From positions 25,260 to 89,259 of the IMG/VR virus record IMGVR_UViG_3300005529_000004: 64,000 bases of DNA; one strand, given 5' to 3'. Shown one piece after another: positions 35,014-46,096 of the stretch. The translations under genes and the position numbers were made by a program. Source of the stretch: a virus. Within the stretch, counting starts at the first letter, position 1. The number at the start of each line of letters is the position of its first letter. Under the pieces are notes generated by a model. The model was not told the origin of the DNA. It did no database searches and saw only the letters and a program-made list of their open reading frames with translations.

Positions 35014-35961
35014 ATGGCGACGCTCTCGAAGTTGGAGAAGCTGCTGATCGGTGAGGTCTCCGGTGTGGACTTCGGAGCCAACCTGATCGACGGCTGGATG
35101 ATCGCGAAGTCGCGTGACGGCGCCGATGCCGACGCGCTCTCCTTCGTGGTCGGTCCCGAGCAGCCCTGGGTAGTCGGAGAGGCGGAGGCCCGCGTGCGGG
35201 CAGCCACCGGCGCCGAGGACGGGCCATCGCCGAAGTACGCCGCCTGCTTTCTCTGGCAGGATGGCGAGGCCGAGCTGACCGAGGACGGTGTCCCGGCTAG
35301 CTACGGCGCGTACAAGTTCCTGGTGGCGGACGTGATCGACGGCCAGCTCGCGGTCATGCCGAAGGCACTGGAGGCGGTCAAGGACCGGCTCGAAACCTCG
35401 TCCCTGACGGACGAGGCGAAGGCCGATGTCGCGAAGACCGTGTCCGCGCTGGAGGTCGTGACGAAGAGCGCGTCGCAGAGCGCTGGTCAGCAGGACGCTC
35501 CCTCGATTCTGGACCGGCTCCGCAAGGTGCTGGACGGAAAGGACGAGATCGAAATGACGCAGGACGAGCTGAACGCCGCCCTCGACGCCCGCATGGGCGC
35601 GCTGGGCGACGAGCTGGTCGAGAAGCTGCGGAAGTCGGTCGAGGCTCCCTCCGCCGAGGGCGCTCCGGCTGTCGAAGCAGCTCCTGCGGTCGAGCCTGCA
35701 GCCACGCCGGAGACCCCGGCCGAGCCGCAGCTCTCGATCGAGGACGTCACGAAGGCCATCGAGGAGGGCATGAAGCCCTACCACGACATCTTCGAGGCGG
35801 TCATCGACCGCGTGGGCAACATCGAGACTGCCCTGGGCATCGCCGCCCGCAAGAGTCTCGACGGTCAGGAAGGCGAGGCACGCGGCGAGGAGCCGCAGGC
35901 CCCGACGACCCAGACCGCCATCGCGAAGGCCCTGCAGGGCCACCGGGTGACGCTGCGCTAG
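35014..35961 (+). CDS. Capsid scaffolding protein
   Basis: Immediately upstream of the capsid gene; IGEVSGVDFGAN (XkdF-type EVS.VD..AN), YKFLVADVIDGQL, acidic Ala/Pro/Glu coiled region. Confidence 0.7.
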   Translation: MATLSKLEKLLIGEVSGVDFGANLIDGWMIAKSRDGADADALSFVVGPEQPWVVGEAEARVRAATGAEDGPSPKYAACFLWQDGEAELTEDGVPASYGAYKFLVADVIDGQLAVMPKALEAVKDRLETSSLTDEAKADVAKTVSALEVVTKSASQSAGQQDAPSILDRLRKVLDGKDEIEMTQDELNAALDARMGALGDELVEKLRKSVEAPSAEGAPAVEAAPAVEPAATPETPAEPQLSIEDVTKAIEEGMKPYHDIFEAVIDRVGNIETALGIAARKSLDGQEGEARGEEPQAPTTQTAIAKALQGHRVTLR

Positions 35962-35998
35962 CGCGCTGCGGACCGGGCAAGGAAAGGAAGGGAACGAA

Positions 35999-36991
35999 GT
36001 GCTGAGCACGGAAGAGCTGCTCCGCAAGGCCGTTCTCTCCGATTCCGACGGGACCGCCGGTGCCTTCGCAGGTTCCGGTGGCGACTTCGGCGGAGCGGGC
36101 CAGGCGCCGATCAGCATCGAGCAGGTCACTCAGTTCATCGAGCTGATGGCCGCATCCCAGGTCTTCCTGGGCGATGTTCGAACGGTCACCTCGGCCTCGG
36201 CCAAGTGGCAGGAGAGCATCATCAACTTCGCCTCGCGCATCGCGCGCCCCGGCGTCGAGGCCACGCGCCTCGGCACCACGGACCGCGTGAAGCCGAGTAC
36301 CGGCATCGTGGAGATCTCCACCGCGCTGATCCGTGGTGAGATCCCCGTGTCGGACGAGGTCTTCGAGGACAACGTCGCGGGTCAGAACCTGACCCAGTCG
36401 CTGGAGCGGACGATCGCCGACCGCTTCGGCTTCGACATCGAGGACCTGATGGTCAACGGCGACAAGGCCTCGGGCGACACGTACCTCGCGCTGCTCGACG
36501 GCTGGGTGAAGCAGGTCAAGACGTCCGGCAACGCCGTGGACGCCACGACCTACGCGCAGGACTACCAGGAGATCTTCCGGGTCGTTCTCGCCAACATGCC
36601 CAAGAGGTTCCTGCGGAACCTCGTCCAGAACGGGCGCTACTACGTCCCCGTGACCCTGGAGCAGAAGTACCGCGACATCCTCGCCTCGCGCGGGACGCCG
36701 CTCGGTGACCTGATGCTCACGGGCACGAACGAGCTGCGCTACCAGGGCATCCTGATCAAGGGCTGCCCGTCGCTGGACGCGGGCATCGTCAGCGGTTCGC
36801 CGGACACGTCCAGCGTCCTGCTCACGAACCAGAACAACCTCTACGCGGGCTACCACCGCGCGATGAAGTTCGAGACCTGGCGCGATCCGCGCGAGGGAGC
36901 AACGTCCTTCATCGTGACGGCCAGGGTGGACGCGAAGGTCGCCGTTCCGAGCGCGGCCGTCGTCGCCTACAACGTCAACGTCGAGGTCTAG
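35999..36991 (+). CDS. Major capsid protein (HK97 fold, XkdG-like)
   Basis: 330 aa; EQVTQFIE, IPVSDEVFEDNV, FGFDIEDLMVNGD, LLDGWVK, LLTNQNNL, ARVDAKV. Confidence 0.9.
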   Translation: MLSTEELLRKAVLSDSDGTAGAFAGSGGDFGGAGQAPISIEQVTQFIELMAASQVFLGDVRTVTSASAKWQESIINFASRIARPGVEATRLGTTDRVKPSTGIVEISTALIRGEIPVSDEVFEDNVAGQNLTQSLERTIADRFGFDIEDLMVNGDKASGDTYLALLDGWVKQVKTSGNAVDATTYAQDYQEIFRVVLANMPKRFLRNLVQNGRYYVPVTLEQKYRDILASRGTPLGDLMLTGTNELRYQGILIKGCPSLDAGIVSGSPDTSSVLLTNQNNLYAGYHRAMKFETWRDPREGATSFIVTARVDAKVAVPSAAVVAYNVNVEV

Positions 36992-37003
36992 GAGGGCGGC
37001 GCA

Positions 37004-37243
37004 ATGACGTACTCGAACCTGACCCAGGAGGCTCAGATCGCGGCGTTCTGCTACCTGATCGCAACGCTGGATTCAGGTGTGCAGACGTTCCTCGACGGCC
37101 TCCCGCTCCCCGACTTCTCGCAGGTCGAGGAGACGAAGGCTCTCTGGAGCACGCGGGCACGGGTCGAGGGCGGAACCACTCCCGGCTCCGCATACGTCGT
37201 CAGCGCCGAGGCGTACAAGTACGTGAAGGCGCACCGCTACTAG
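37004..37243 (+). CDS. Small protein downstream of capsid gene
   Basis: GGAGG RBS; C-terminal GSAYVVSAEA resembles paralog family A. Confidence 0.6.
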   Translation: MTYSNLTQEAQIAAFCYLIATLDSGVQTFLDGLPLPDFSQVEETKALWSTRARVEGGTTPGSAYVVSAEAYKYVKAHRY

Positions 37244-37273
37244 CGGCGACGCCCTCCTCGATCGGCCCTCCCT

Positions 37274-37304
37274 GAAGACCCGGCGCAAGCCGGGTCTTCT
37301 CGTT
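37274..37304 (+). terminator. Intrinsic terminator of capsid operon
   Basis: GAAGACCCGGC-gcaa-GCCGGGTCTTC followed by TCGTT. Confidence 0.75.
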
Positions 37305-37328
37305 GCCCGATTTGCTAACCTGCCGTCC

Positions 37329-37403
37329 AGCGGAGTAGAGCAGTCTGGCCAGCTCGCAAGGCTCATAACCTTGAGGTCGCGGGTTCGAATCCCGCCTCCG
37401 CTA
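37329..37403 (+). tRNA. trnM: tRNA-Met(CAT), initiator-like D arm
   Basis: AGCGGAG/CTCCGCT acceptor, GAGC-AGTCTGGCCA-GCTC, CAAGG-CTCATAA-CCTTG, GCGGG-TTCGAAT-CCCGC. Confidence 0.9.
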
Positions 37404-37425
37404 TCACAACCCAGGGAGGGTAGGC

Positions 37426-38792
37426 GTGCATCAACAGGAAGGGGCGACTCCACCGTCGATCGAGCCAGGGCCAGCTCCGATCGAGAGCGATCGAGAGCTG
37501 AGGCCCGGAGTCGAGTCGGTCGAGGACGTCCCGCAGGCCGATGTGCTGGCAGCCCGCCCCGAGGACTCGTTCTTGGAGAACGACGATCGCACGCCGATCA
37601 TGTGGCACTCGAACGCGCCGTGGGTCGGCTCCGGCTATGGCACGCAGACCGGCCTGTTCGGTCCGCTGCTCGACACGCAGCTCGGCTATGACGTCGCCTT
37701 CAGCGCGTTCTTCGGGTTGCAGGGCGCGCGCCAGGGCTGGGTCGCGCCGAACGGCCGTCCCTACGTCGTGTACCCAAGCGGCCGCGACGGGCACGGCAAC
37801 GACGTCCTGGGCGCACACACGAAGCACTGGTTCCGAGGGCGCGGTGGCTACTGCATCCTGCTGACGGACCCGTGGGTCATGCAGCCGAAGATCATTCAGC
37901 GGCTGCCCTGCCTGGCCTGGGTCCCGGTGGACCACGACCCGATCATGCCGCGCACACACCACTGGTTCAACGAGTCCGGTGCTATCGCCGTGGCCATGAG
38001 CCGCTTCGGGCAGCGCATCCTGGAGGAGGCCGGGCACGAGGACGTCCAGTACGTCCCGCACGGGTTCAACCCACGTACCTTCCGGCCGATCGACCGTGGC
38101 GAGGCGAGGAAGGCGCTCGGGCTGCCGCAGGACGCTTTCGTGGTCGGGATGGTCGCGGCCAACCTCGGCTTCCCGTCACGCAAGAGCTTCTCGCAGGCAT
38201 TCCAGGCATTCGCCCGGCTGCAGGAGAACCACAACGACTGCATCCTCTACCTGCACACCTGGATGGAGAATCCTGACGGCGAGCCGCTCTCTGACATGTG
38301 CGACGGCCTCAAGATCAGGCCGTGGGTCGCGGACCAGTACGGACTGACGCTCGGCATCCCCGACAAGGTCGTCGCGGCCACGCTCAACGCCTTCGACGTG
38401 CTGCTCAACCCGAGCACGGGCGAGGGCTTCGGCGTCCCGCTGCTGGAGGCGCAGGCGTGCGGCACGCCCTGCATCACGACCAACTTCTCCTCGATGCCGG
38501 AGGTCGCGCCGGTCGAAGCAGGCAACTGGTGCGTTGGAGGCCAGCCGGTGTACACGCCGTTTGAGAGCTGGCAGCTCACGCCGAGCGTCGAGGAGCTGGT
38601 CGAGTGCCTGGAGGAAGCCTACGCCGACGACGAACAGCAGCGCCTCCGGCGCCGCGCTTCTACTTGCGCGTGGGCCTCGCAGGAGTACCTCGCGGACGAG
38701 ATCGTGGAGAAGCACTGGAAGCCGGTGCTGGACTGGGCCGCGCAGGAGTTCGTCTGGCGTTCGCGGCGGATGGTCCGCTACTCGGTCGGCGG

Positions 38793-38796
<4 letters not shown>
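37426..38796 (+). CDS. Glycosyltransferase family 4 (GT-B)
   Basis: WHSNAPWVGSGYGTQ; VGMVAAN...RK; FDVLLNPSTGEGFGVPLLEAQACGTP (E-X7-E). Confidence 0.92.
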
Positions 38797-39904
<1,108 letters not shown>

Positions 39905-39908
<4 letters not shown>

Positions 39909-40000
39909 GGTGGGAGTACATCAAGCTGGCGCTGGCGCTCACGGCTGTGGTCGCTGCCGAGATGCTGCTCTACGCGATCTTCAGGTCGTCCTGGCGATGA
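39905..40000 (+). CDS. Single-TM micro-protein
   Basis: VRWEYIKLALALTAVVAAEMLLYAIFRSSWR, coupled on both sides. Confidence 0.5.
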
Positions 40001-40986
40001 GGTCAGCGCTCCTCCAGCTCCCCGGCAACCCGTTCATCCTTCGGTACTGGCTCCGCAACTACGAGGCCGTCTGGAAGGGCGAAGTGGACGAGCTGAGGGT
40101 CTTCGTGAACGGCAACCCGCGCGCCGATCAGGTGCAGGCGATGCGGCGGCTCGTGCAGGACACGGGAGGCATCTTCACCGCACAGGAAGGACGCCTGGTT
40201 CACGGCCAGGCAACGCGTATCCTCATCGGCGAGACTGAAGCCACCGACGTTCTGCTGATCGAGGACGACGCCTTCGTCCGTCAGCCCGGCGCGATCGACC
40301 GCGCCTTCGTGGATGCGGAGTGTGGGGCCGTGGTCGGCTCGCCGCGAGGTGGGATGGACCCGGCGATCGAGCAGGCAGCGCGCGATAAGTGGGGACCCGA
40401 TCCCGAAGGGCCAGACGGATCGTCGGGCTACGGGCTGTGGCCATGCTTCATGTTCGGCCCGCGCCACGTTCTGGACGAGGTCAAGGACGGGTTCTCATCG
40501 CAGAGCTGGCCCGCCGGTCAGGTGATTCCCGGCCTGGGATGCTGGTTCGGGTTCGAGACGCATACCGACACGACGACCAGCTCGGCCTTCCGGCTCCGCG
40601 AAGCAGGCATCCCGCTCGTCTACGAGGGCCAGTGGAAGGAGCTGTGGATGAAGGACCTGTCCGCGATGCAGGAGAAGGCGGGCTACGACCCTCCCTGGTT
40701 CCACAGCGGCGGGCTGTCGAACGAGAACCTCTACCTCGTCACCGAGGTGCCCGAGGGCGCCTTCGGCGTGCGTCCGAACATCGGAGGCACGCTGGAGGGC
40801 ACCGACTGGGCGCACCGCATCTGGTGGTGGCGGCGCTGCATCGAGACCGCGCCGGACGACTTCTTCCCCGAGGTCGGCGGGCATATCCTCAACCAGCTCC
40901 TGACGCTGGAGAACTACTGCAACGTCTTCGAGGACGTGGATCGCTGGGAGCAGATGCTTCCGGCCTGGATCACCTGGGAGGAGTAA
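39997..40986 (+). CDS. Putative GT-A glycosyltransferase
   Basis: HGQA...VLLIEDDAFV (DxD-like), LWPCFMF; paralog of 41492. Confidence 0.7.
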   Translation: MRSALLQLPGNPFILRYWLRNYEAVWKGEVDELRVFVNGNPRADQVQAMRRLVQDTGGIFTAQEGRLVHGQATRILIGETEATDVLLIEDDAFVRQPGAIDRAFVDAECGAVVGSPRGGMDPAIEQAARDKWGPDPEGPDGSSGYGLWPCFMFGPRHVLDEVKDGFSSQSWPAGQVIPGLGCWFGFETHTDTTTSSAFRLREAGIPLVYEGQWKELWMKDLSAMQEKAGYDPPWFHSGGLSNENLYLVTEVPEGAFGVRPNIGGTLEGTDWAHRIWWWRRCIETAPDDFFPEVGGHILNQLLTLENYCNVFEDVDRWEQMLPAWITWEE

Positions 40987-41495
40987 TGGCCGCACGCGGC
41001 TGGGAGCTGGAGCAGATTCTCGACGTCGTCCGTCCGGTCGTCCCGAGCGGCGAAGGGCGAGTGCTGGAGATCGGCACGCATCAGGGACAGAGCCTCCGGT
41101 CCTGGCGCACGCATCTTGACCCGGCGCTGCTGCTCGGCATCCAGGACACGGACGAGACCGCGCCTGCGACGGCCGCTGAGCTGCGCGCTGACGTGTTCCG
41201 GGGTCTCTCGCAGTCGATCGAGGCGTATCGGTGGGTTCGCGGAATGCTCGGCGAGAGCAAGCTCGACTTCCTCTACATCGATGGCGACCACCTCTTCGAC
41301 CCGGCCTACGTGGACTGGCAGATGTACAGCCCGCTCGTCCGCAGCGGTGGTGTTGTCGCGCTTGACGACGCGGTCATTCGCAACAACCCGACCGTCGAGA
41401 TCTACCGGCTCTGGCCGATCGTCTCCGAGGGGCTGCAGTCGAAGGTCATCTACCACCCGGACGGCACCGGCGTCGGAATGGTCTGGATGCCATGA
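40986..41495 (+). CDS. Class I SAM methyltransferase (Methyltransf_24-like)
   Basis: VLEIGTHQGQS, LDFLYIDGDH, LVRSGGVVALDD. Confidence 0.85.
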   Translation: MAARGWELEQILDVVRPVVPSGEGRVLEIGTHQGQSLRSWRTHLDPALLLGIQDTDETAPATAAELRADVFRGLSQSIEAYRWVRGMLGESKLDFLYIDGDHLFDPAYVDWQMYSPLVRSGGVVALDDAVIRNNPTVEIYRLWPIVSEGLQSKVIYHPDGTGVGMVWMP

Positions 41496-42499
41496 AGACC
41501 GCCGCGCTGCTACCGACGCCAGGCGACCCGTTCCTCGTCAAGCACTGGCTCAACAACTGCCGCGAGGTGTGGCGCGACGAAGTGGACGAGGTCCACGTGC
41601 TCGTCGGAGGGCAGCCGGTCACGGAGGCGCGCGACTACATTCGAGAAGCCTGCGCGCTGGCGGGCGCGACCTACCACGAGCGGCTGACCGGCGGGCTGGT
41701 TCCGCACGGCGTGGCGCTGAACATCCTCATCTCCGACTGCGACGCGGACGCGGTTGTTCTCTTGGAGGACGACGTCCGCGTCCGGCACTCGCGGGCGATC
41801 GAAGAGATGTTCGCGAAGATCGAGCGCGACGAGTACGACGTCTGCGCCAGCCCGCGCGTCTCGATGACGCCAAACCTGGAGCAGGCGGCGAAGGCGCGCT
41901 GGGGCGGCGGCATCCTGCAGGACTACGCGGAGGGCCACGGCATGTGGCCTGCCTTCGTGTTCGCCAAGCGGGAGGCTCTGCGGGCGACCGACCGCGATTT
42001 CGGCGAGCGCTCCTGGGGCGAGAAGATGGTCGTGCCGGGCCTGCGCTACCGGGTCCCCGAGGGCGAGGTCGCAGTCTGCGACTGCTTCGGCGGCACCGCC
42101 TTCCAGCTTCGCGACCGGTGCCGCGTGCTCGACATCCCGCAGTGGAAGGGACCGCACCTCTGGAAGAGCCAGCTTGCCGCACAGGATGCGGACATGCACT
42201 GGTTCCACTGCGGCTCGCTGAGCAGCAGCTCGAACCTCTGCGCCGACTGGGACGGGCCGGGCGGGTTCGAGTTCATGGAGGGCCGCACGCTCACCGACCC
42301 GGACGAGATCGCGGAGTGGTCGCACCGGCTCAACTGGTGGCGACGCTGCGCGACCACGCACGCACACGAGTTGCCGGAGTTGTCGAACGTCTACGGCACC
42401 AACTGGCACCGGCTGCGCGAGCGGATGGGCGTGCCGGTCTCGGAGATCAACCGTTGGACGCCGGTCATCAACGACCTGATCACCTGGAGGGAGCGATGA
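41492..42499 (+). CDS. Putative GT-A glycosyltransferase
   Basis: HGVALN...VVLLEDDVRV, MWPAFVF, WFHCGSLS. Confidence 0.7.
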   Translation: MKTAALLPTPGDPFLVKHWLNNCREVWRDEVDEVHVLVGGQPVTEARDYIREACALAGATYHERLTGGLVPHGVALNILISDCDADAVVLLEDDVRVRHSRAIEEMFAKIERDEYDVCASPRVSMTPNLEQAAKARWGGGILQDYAEGHGMWPAFVFAKREALRATDRDFGERSWGEKMVVPGLRYRVPEGEVAVCDCFGGTAFQLRDRCRVLDIPQWKGPHLWKSQLAAQDADMHWFHCGSLSSSSNLCADWDGPGGFEFMEGRTLTDPDEIAEWSHRLNWWRRCATTHAHELPELSNVYGTNWHRLRERMGVPVSEINRWTPVINDLITWRER

Positions 42500-43215
42500 G
42501 GGTAGACCTGCTCGTCCCCTGGCCGCGCAACAACGACTACCCACTCTGGCGCGCATGGCTGCGACGCGAGAGGTCCCGATTCGGGATGGTCATCGTCGCG
42601 TTCACGCCGATCGACGGTCACGACTACCGAGACTTCGTGGTCGAGCGCATGGCGCCAGACGACGTGACCTTCCTCTCGCACGATCCCTGCGAAACGGACT
42701 GGCGCCAGGTTGCCACGCTCGCGATGCTCGGCAAGGCGACGGCGCCGTGGGTCTGGTTCACGGAGCAGGACTTCTTCCCCGAGCCGTGCCTGTGGCCGGT
42801 AGTCGAGGCGCTCTACGAGTACGGCGCCGAGATGATCGGCACGCGGCAGGACCAGCGCTGGCATCCGTGTTGCCTGTTCACCCGACGCGACTGGATCAGC
42901 CACCAGACCGAGGAGTACTTCGGACCGCTGCCGGTGGACCATTTCTACAAGTTCGGCCTCCAGCTCGAAGAGGCGACGTGGTGCTGCGGCAACCAGCAGG
43001 GACCCGCCGAGCTGTCGCCGGAGCTGTTCACGCACCTCGCCGGGACGTCGAGCAACATGGACCTGATCGAGCGCGAGCGCTTCGCCGAGGTCTACAAGCC
43101 CGACCAGATGGCCGCGTACTTGATCGAGAGCCTGCGAGACCCGGTCGAGCCACACGCGCGCTGGCGCCTCTACGCGCAGAAGTTCCTCGACTGGTATGCT
43201 TCCGGCCGTGGCTAG
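42496..43215 (+). CDS. Putative GT-A glycosyltransferase (divergent)
   Basis: RVDLLVPWP, WVWFTEQDFF, HPCCLF, FTHLAG. Confidence 0.55.
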   Translation: MRVDLLVPWPRNNDYPLWRAWLRRERSRFGMVIVAFTPIDGHDYRDFVVERMAPDDVTFLSHDPCETDWRQVATLAMLGKATAPWVWFTEQDFFPEPCLWPVVEALYEYGAEMIGTRQDQRWHPCCLFTRRDWISHQTEEYFGPLPVDHFYKFGLQLEEATWCCGNQQGPAELSPELFTHLAGTSSNMDLIERERFAEVYKPDQMAAYLIESLRDPVEPHARWRLYAQKFLDWYASGRG

Positions 43216-44278
43216 GCCGTCCGACCCACTCCCGATTCGTCCGGCAGGCAAGCGCATCTTGCTCTGCCTGTCGCACTCGATCGAGGAGCATGACCAGCTC
43301 AAGCTCCTCTCGGGACTCGGCTACGACGTCGCGTCGATCGGTGGCTACATCAACCCGCACGCGCCACACGACCCGAAGCGCCCGGCGCTGCCGGAGGTGC
43401 CGTACTTCCCCGAGGTGCAGGGCGCCGTGGACGCGCAGGAGGTGCCGGACAACCTCGGCGCGGCGCAGGCGCATATCCCCGACGCGATCCTCGACTGGCT
43501 TGGCAAGGACGGCGTCATCATCTACCACCACTACCTGCAGCGGCTCTTCGGCCAGTGGGACCATCTGGCCGACTGGCGCGCGGGCGGTGGGCGCGTCATC
43601 TGGAGAACGGTCGGCCAGAGCGTCGAGGCGAACGAACGCGAGGCGCTGCCCTATCGCGAGGATGGCCTGGAGGTCATCCGCTACTCGCCGCACGAGAAGT
43701 TCATCCCCGGCTTCATCGGAGCCGATGCGCTGATCCGGTTCTACAAGGACGAGGACGAGTGGTCCGGCTGGACGGGCGAGCAGGCGATCGTCACGAACGT
43801 GACCCAGGAGATGGTCAAGCGCGCCGTCTGGACGAACGCCGCCTTCTGGTGGCACGCCACGAAGGACCTGCCAGCGGCGCCCGCCGGTCCCGACAGCGAG
43901 GCTCTGGAGGGCGGGCTGGGGATGCTGGAGGTCGAGACGATGCAGGCGCTCCTCCGGGAGGCGCGCTGCTATGTCTACACCGGCACGCAGCCCGCGAGCT
44001 ACACGCTCGGGTTGATCGAGGCGATGATGACCGGCATCCCGGTGTTCTCGATCGGGCCGGAGCTGATGACCATGTTTCCGTATGGGCCGCAGCTCTTCGA
44101 GGGCCACCGGCTCGCCGGGCAGTGGTCGAACAACCCGGAGGACGCTCGCGCCTGGTGCCAGAAGATGCTCGACCACTGGGACGCCGCGCACGAGATCTCG
44201 AAGGCCACCCGGATGCTCGCCAAGCTGACGTTCGGCCGCATGGTCGTCGGTGAGGCGTGGAAGGCGTACCTCGGTTGA
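43196..44278 (+). CDS. Putative GT-B glycosyltransferase
   Basis: ARCYVYTGTQPASYTLGLIEAMMTGIPV. Confidence 0.75.
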   Translation: MLPAVARPSDPLPIRPAGKRILLCLSHSIEEHDQLKLLSGLGYDVASIGGYINPHAPHDPKRPALPEVPYFPEVQGAVDAQEVPDNLGAAQAHIPDAILDWLGKDGVIIYHHYLQRLFGQWDHLADWRAGGGRVIWRTVGQSVEANEREALPYREDGLEVIRYSPHEKFIPGFIGADALIRFYKDEDEWSGWTGEQAIVTNVTQEMVKRAVWTNAAFWWHATKDLPAAPAGPDSEALEGGLGMLEVETMQALLREARCYVYTGTQPASYTLGLIEAMMTGIPVFSIGPELMTMFPYGPQLFEGHRLAGQWSNNPEDARAWCQKMLDHWDAAHEISKATRMLAKLTFGRMVVGEAWKAYLG

Positions 44279-44358
44279 GCCGCGAGCGGAAGGCGTGGTG
44301 GGCGCTCTTCGTGCTGGCTCTCGCTGACGCGGTGCTGGTGCTCAAGGACTCGCTGTGA
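44275..44358 (+). CDS. Single-TM micro-protein
   Basis: LSRERKAWWALFVLALADAVLVLKDSL, coupled on both sides. Confidence 0.45.
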   Translation: MSRERKAWWALFVLALADAVLVLKDSL

Positions 44359-44942
44359 AGGCGTTAGTCCTCGTTGCCCACCCAGACGACGAGGTCCTCT
44401 TCCTCGGCTCCACGATCCTGGCGCATCCCGACTGGGAGTGGGACATCGTCAGCTTCACGCACGACTGGGAGGACTGGCGCGGCCGCGAGTTCGCGGAGGC
44501 GCACAAGGCGCTGCACTACTTCGGCGGTTCGGTGACGTCGGCGATGCTCGGCCTGGCGGACGAGGACGTCCCCGAGAGCGAGTTCTCCGTCTGGGAGGAC
44601 CGCTTCCTTGAGTGGCTGGCGCAGGGCTATGAGGGCTGGGACCGCGTCTACACGCACAACCGCGTCGGCGAGTACGGCCACCCGCACCACATCGCGGTCA
44701 ACGTCATCGCCCGGCGGCACTTCTGCTTCGACGCGCCCGTCTTCGAGTTCTACTACCCGCCGGTCGTCCCTGGCACGCCGCCGCTGTGGTGGGGAGACGC
44801 CGAGTTCGACTTCGCCTGCGACCCACGCAAGAGCGAGGTCTTCCACCGGGCATACGGCGGGCACTACTCCACGCTCAAGGCGCACCAGCCTGCGCTGATC
44901 AACTTCCTGCTCGGCGCGAACGTGGACATGGTCACCCGATGA
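44355..44942 (+). CDS. PIG-L/LmbE family de-N-acetylase
   Basis: VAHPDDE and YTHNRVGEYGHPHH. Confidence 0.88.
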   Translation: MKALVLVAHPDDEVLFLGSTILAHPDWEWDIVSFTHDWEDWRGREFAEAHKALHYFGGSVTSAMLGLADEDVPESEFSVWEDRFLEWLAQGYEGWDRVYTHNRVGEYGHPHHIAVNVIARRHFCFDAPVFEFYYPPVVPGTPPLWWGDAEFDFACDPRKSEVFHRAYGGHYSTLKAHQPALINFLLGANVDMVTR

Positions 44943-45994
44943 GGCGGCTCCGCATCCTGGTCGATCGGCATCACGCCGACCTGCTCTATGCGCTGCAGCG
45001 GCTGTTCGAAGACCGGCTCGGATTCGATCTCTACATCCCGGTCGGGCACGAGTGGTGGGATGAGGGCTTCTGGCAGTTCGGCGCCGTCTTCGGTGACGAT
45101 CGGCTGGCGCAGCAGTACCTCGTCACGAACGACAGCTACCACGAGGTCGGTCCCGGCACCTACGTCTGGCGCGACCCGGCTCACCCGCACCGGCCCGTCA
45201 ACTGCCTGACGCTCGATGCCTTCCGCGCGCTCGGCGACTTTGACTTCGTGCTCGCCTCGGTGCAGGAGAACGCACCGGGCTTCCTCCGGCTGGCCTACGA
45301 GGTCGGCGCACAGCTCCTCTACCACGTCGGCAACACCGGGCAGTTCATCGACTGGGCCTGGGATGCGCTGGTCATCTCGACGTCCGAGATGCCGTACCCG
45401 GAGGGCCGAGGCGTGACGATCCACCAGGAGATCGACTCGGGTCCTGGCGACACGTTCGACTTCTGGCCGCTGGAGAGCGGGCACGTCGTCCGTAACTTCG
45501 TCAACGCCTTCGACCGGCTGCCCGGCTACAACCTTTTTCTCGACGCCGAGGAACGGATGCGCGACCTGGACGTCTGGGAGTTCACCGTCCACGGTCACGA
45601 CGGCCGGGACGGAGACATCCAGCCGATCAGCGCCGTAGCGAAGCTCATGCGGACCGCCGGATTCGGCTGGCACGACAAGCCGGTCGGCGACGGGTTCGGG
45701 CACGTCATCCACGCCTGGGCCGCGATCGGCCGACCGCTGATCGGGCACGCCAGCTACTACACGGGCGAGGGCCACTCGCGCCCACCGAAGATGGCCGCTC
45801 CCTTCTGGCGCGACGGCGAGACCTGCATCGACCTGGATCGGCACGGCCCGGAGGAGACGGTTGCGCTGATGCTGGAGATCGCATCCGACCGCGCCCGGCA
45901 CGAGGCGATGGGCCGCGCGCTCCGCGCGACGTTCGACAGCCTCGTGGACTACCGGGCCGAGGCCGAGGCCGTCGCCCGGCTTCTTGGTATCTAG
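44939..45994 (+). CDS. Putative GT-B glycosyltransferase
   Basis: LRILVDRHH; WHDKPVGDGFGHVIHAWAAIGRPLI acceptor-side motif. Confidence 0.65.
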   Translation: MRRLRILVDRHHADLLYALQRLFEDRLGFDLYIPVGHEWWDEGFWQFGAVFGDDRLAQQYLVTNDSYHEVGPGTYVWRDPAHPHRPVNCLTLDAFRALGDFDFVLASVQENAPGFLRLAYEVGAQLLYHVGNTGQFIDWAWDALVISTSEMPYPEGRGVTIHQEIDSGPGDTFDFWPLESGHVVRNFVNAFDRLPGYNLFLDAEERMRDLDVWEFTVHGHDGRDGDIQPISAVAKLMRTAGFGWHDKPVGDGFGHVIHAWAAIGRPLIGHASYYTGEGHSRPPKMAAPFWRDGETCIDLDRHGPEETVALMLEIASDRARHEAMGRALRATFDSLVDYRAEAEAVARLLGI

Positions 45995-46006
45995 GCTCCT
46001 GAACCG

Positions 46007-46070
46007 CTAGAGTGCAAGATCCCTCGTTCGAGGGATGCGCTCACGGCCCACGTACCCGATAATCCAGGTA
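46007..46070 (+). promoter_or_regulatory. Conserved palindrome+promoter cassette, copy 3
   Basis: Perfect ATCCCTCG-TT-CGAGGGAT 46019-46036; ATGCGC-N17-GATAAT. Confidence 0.8.
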
Positions 46071-46096
46071 CCAGGCCACGAGATCAAGGAGACAAA

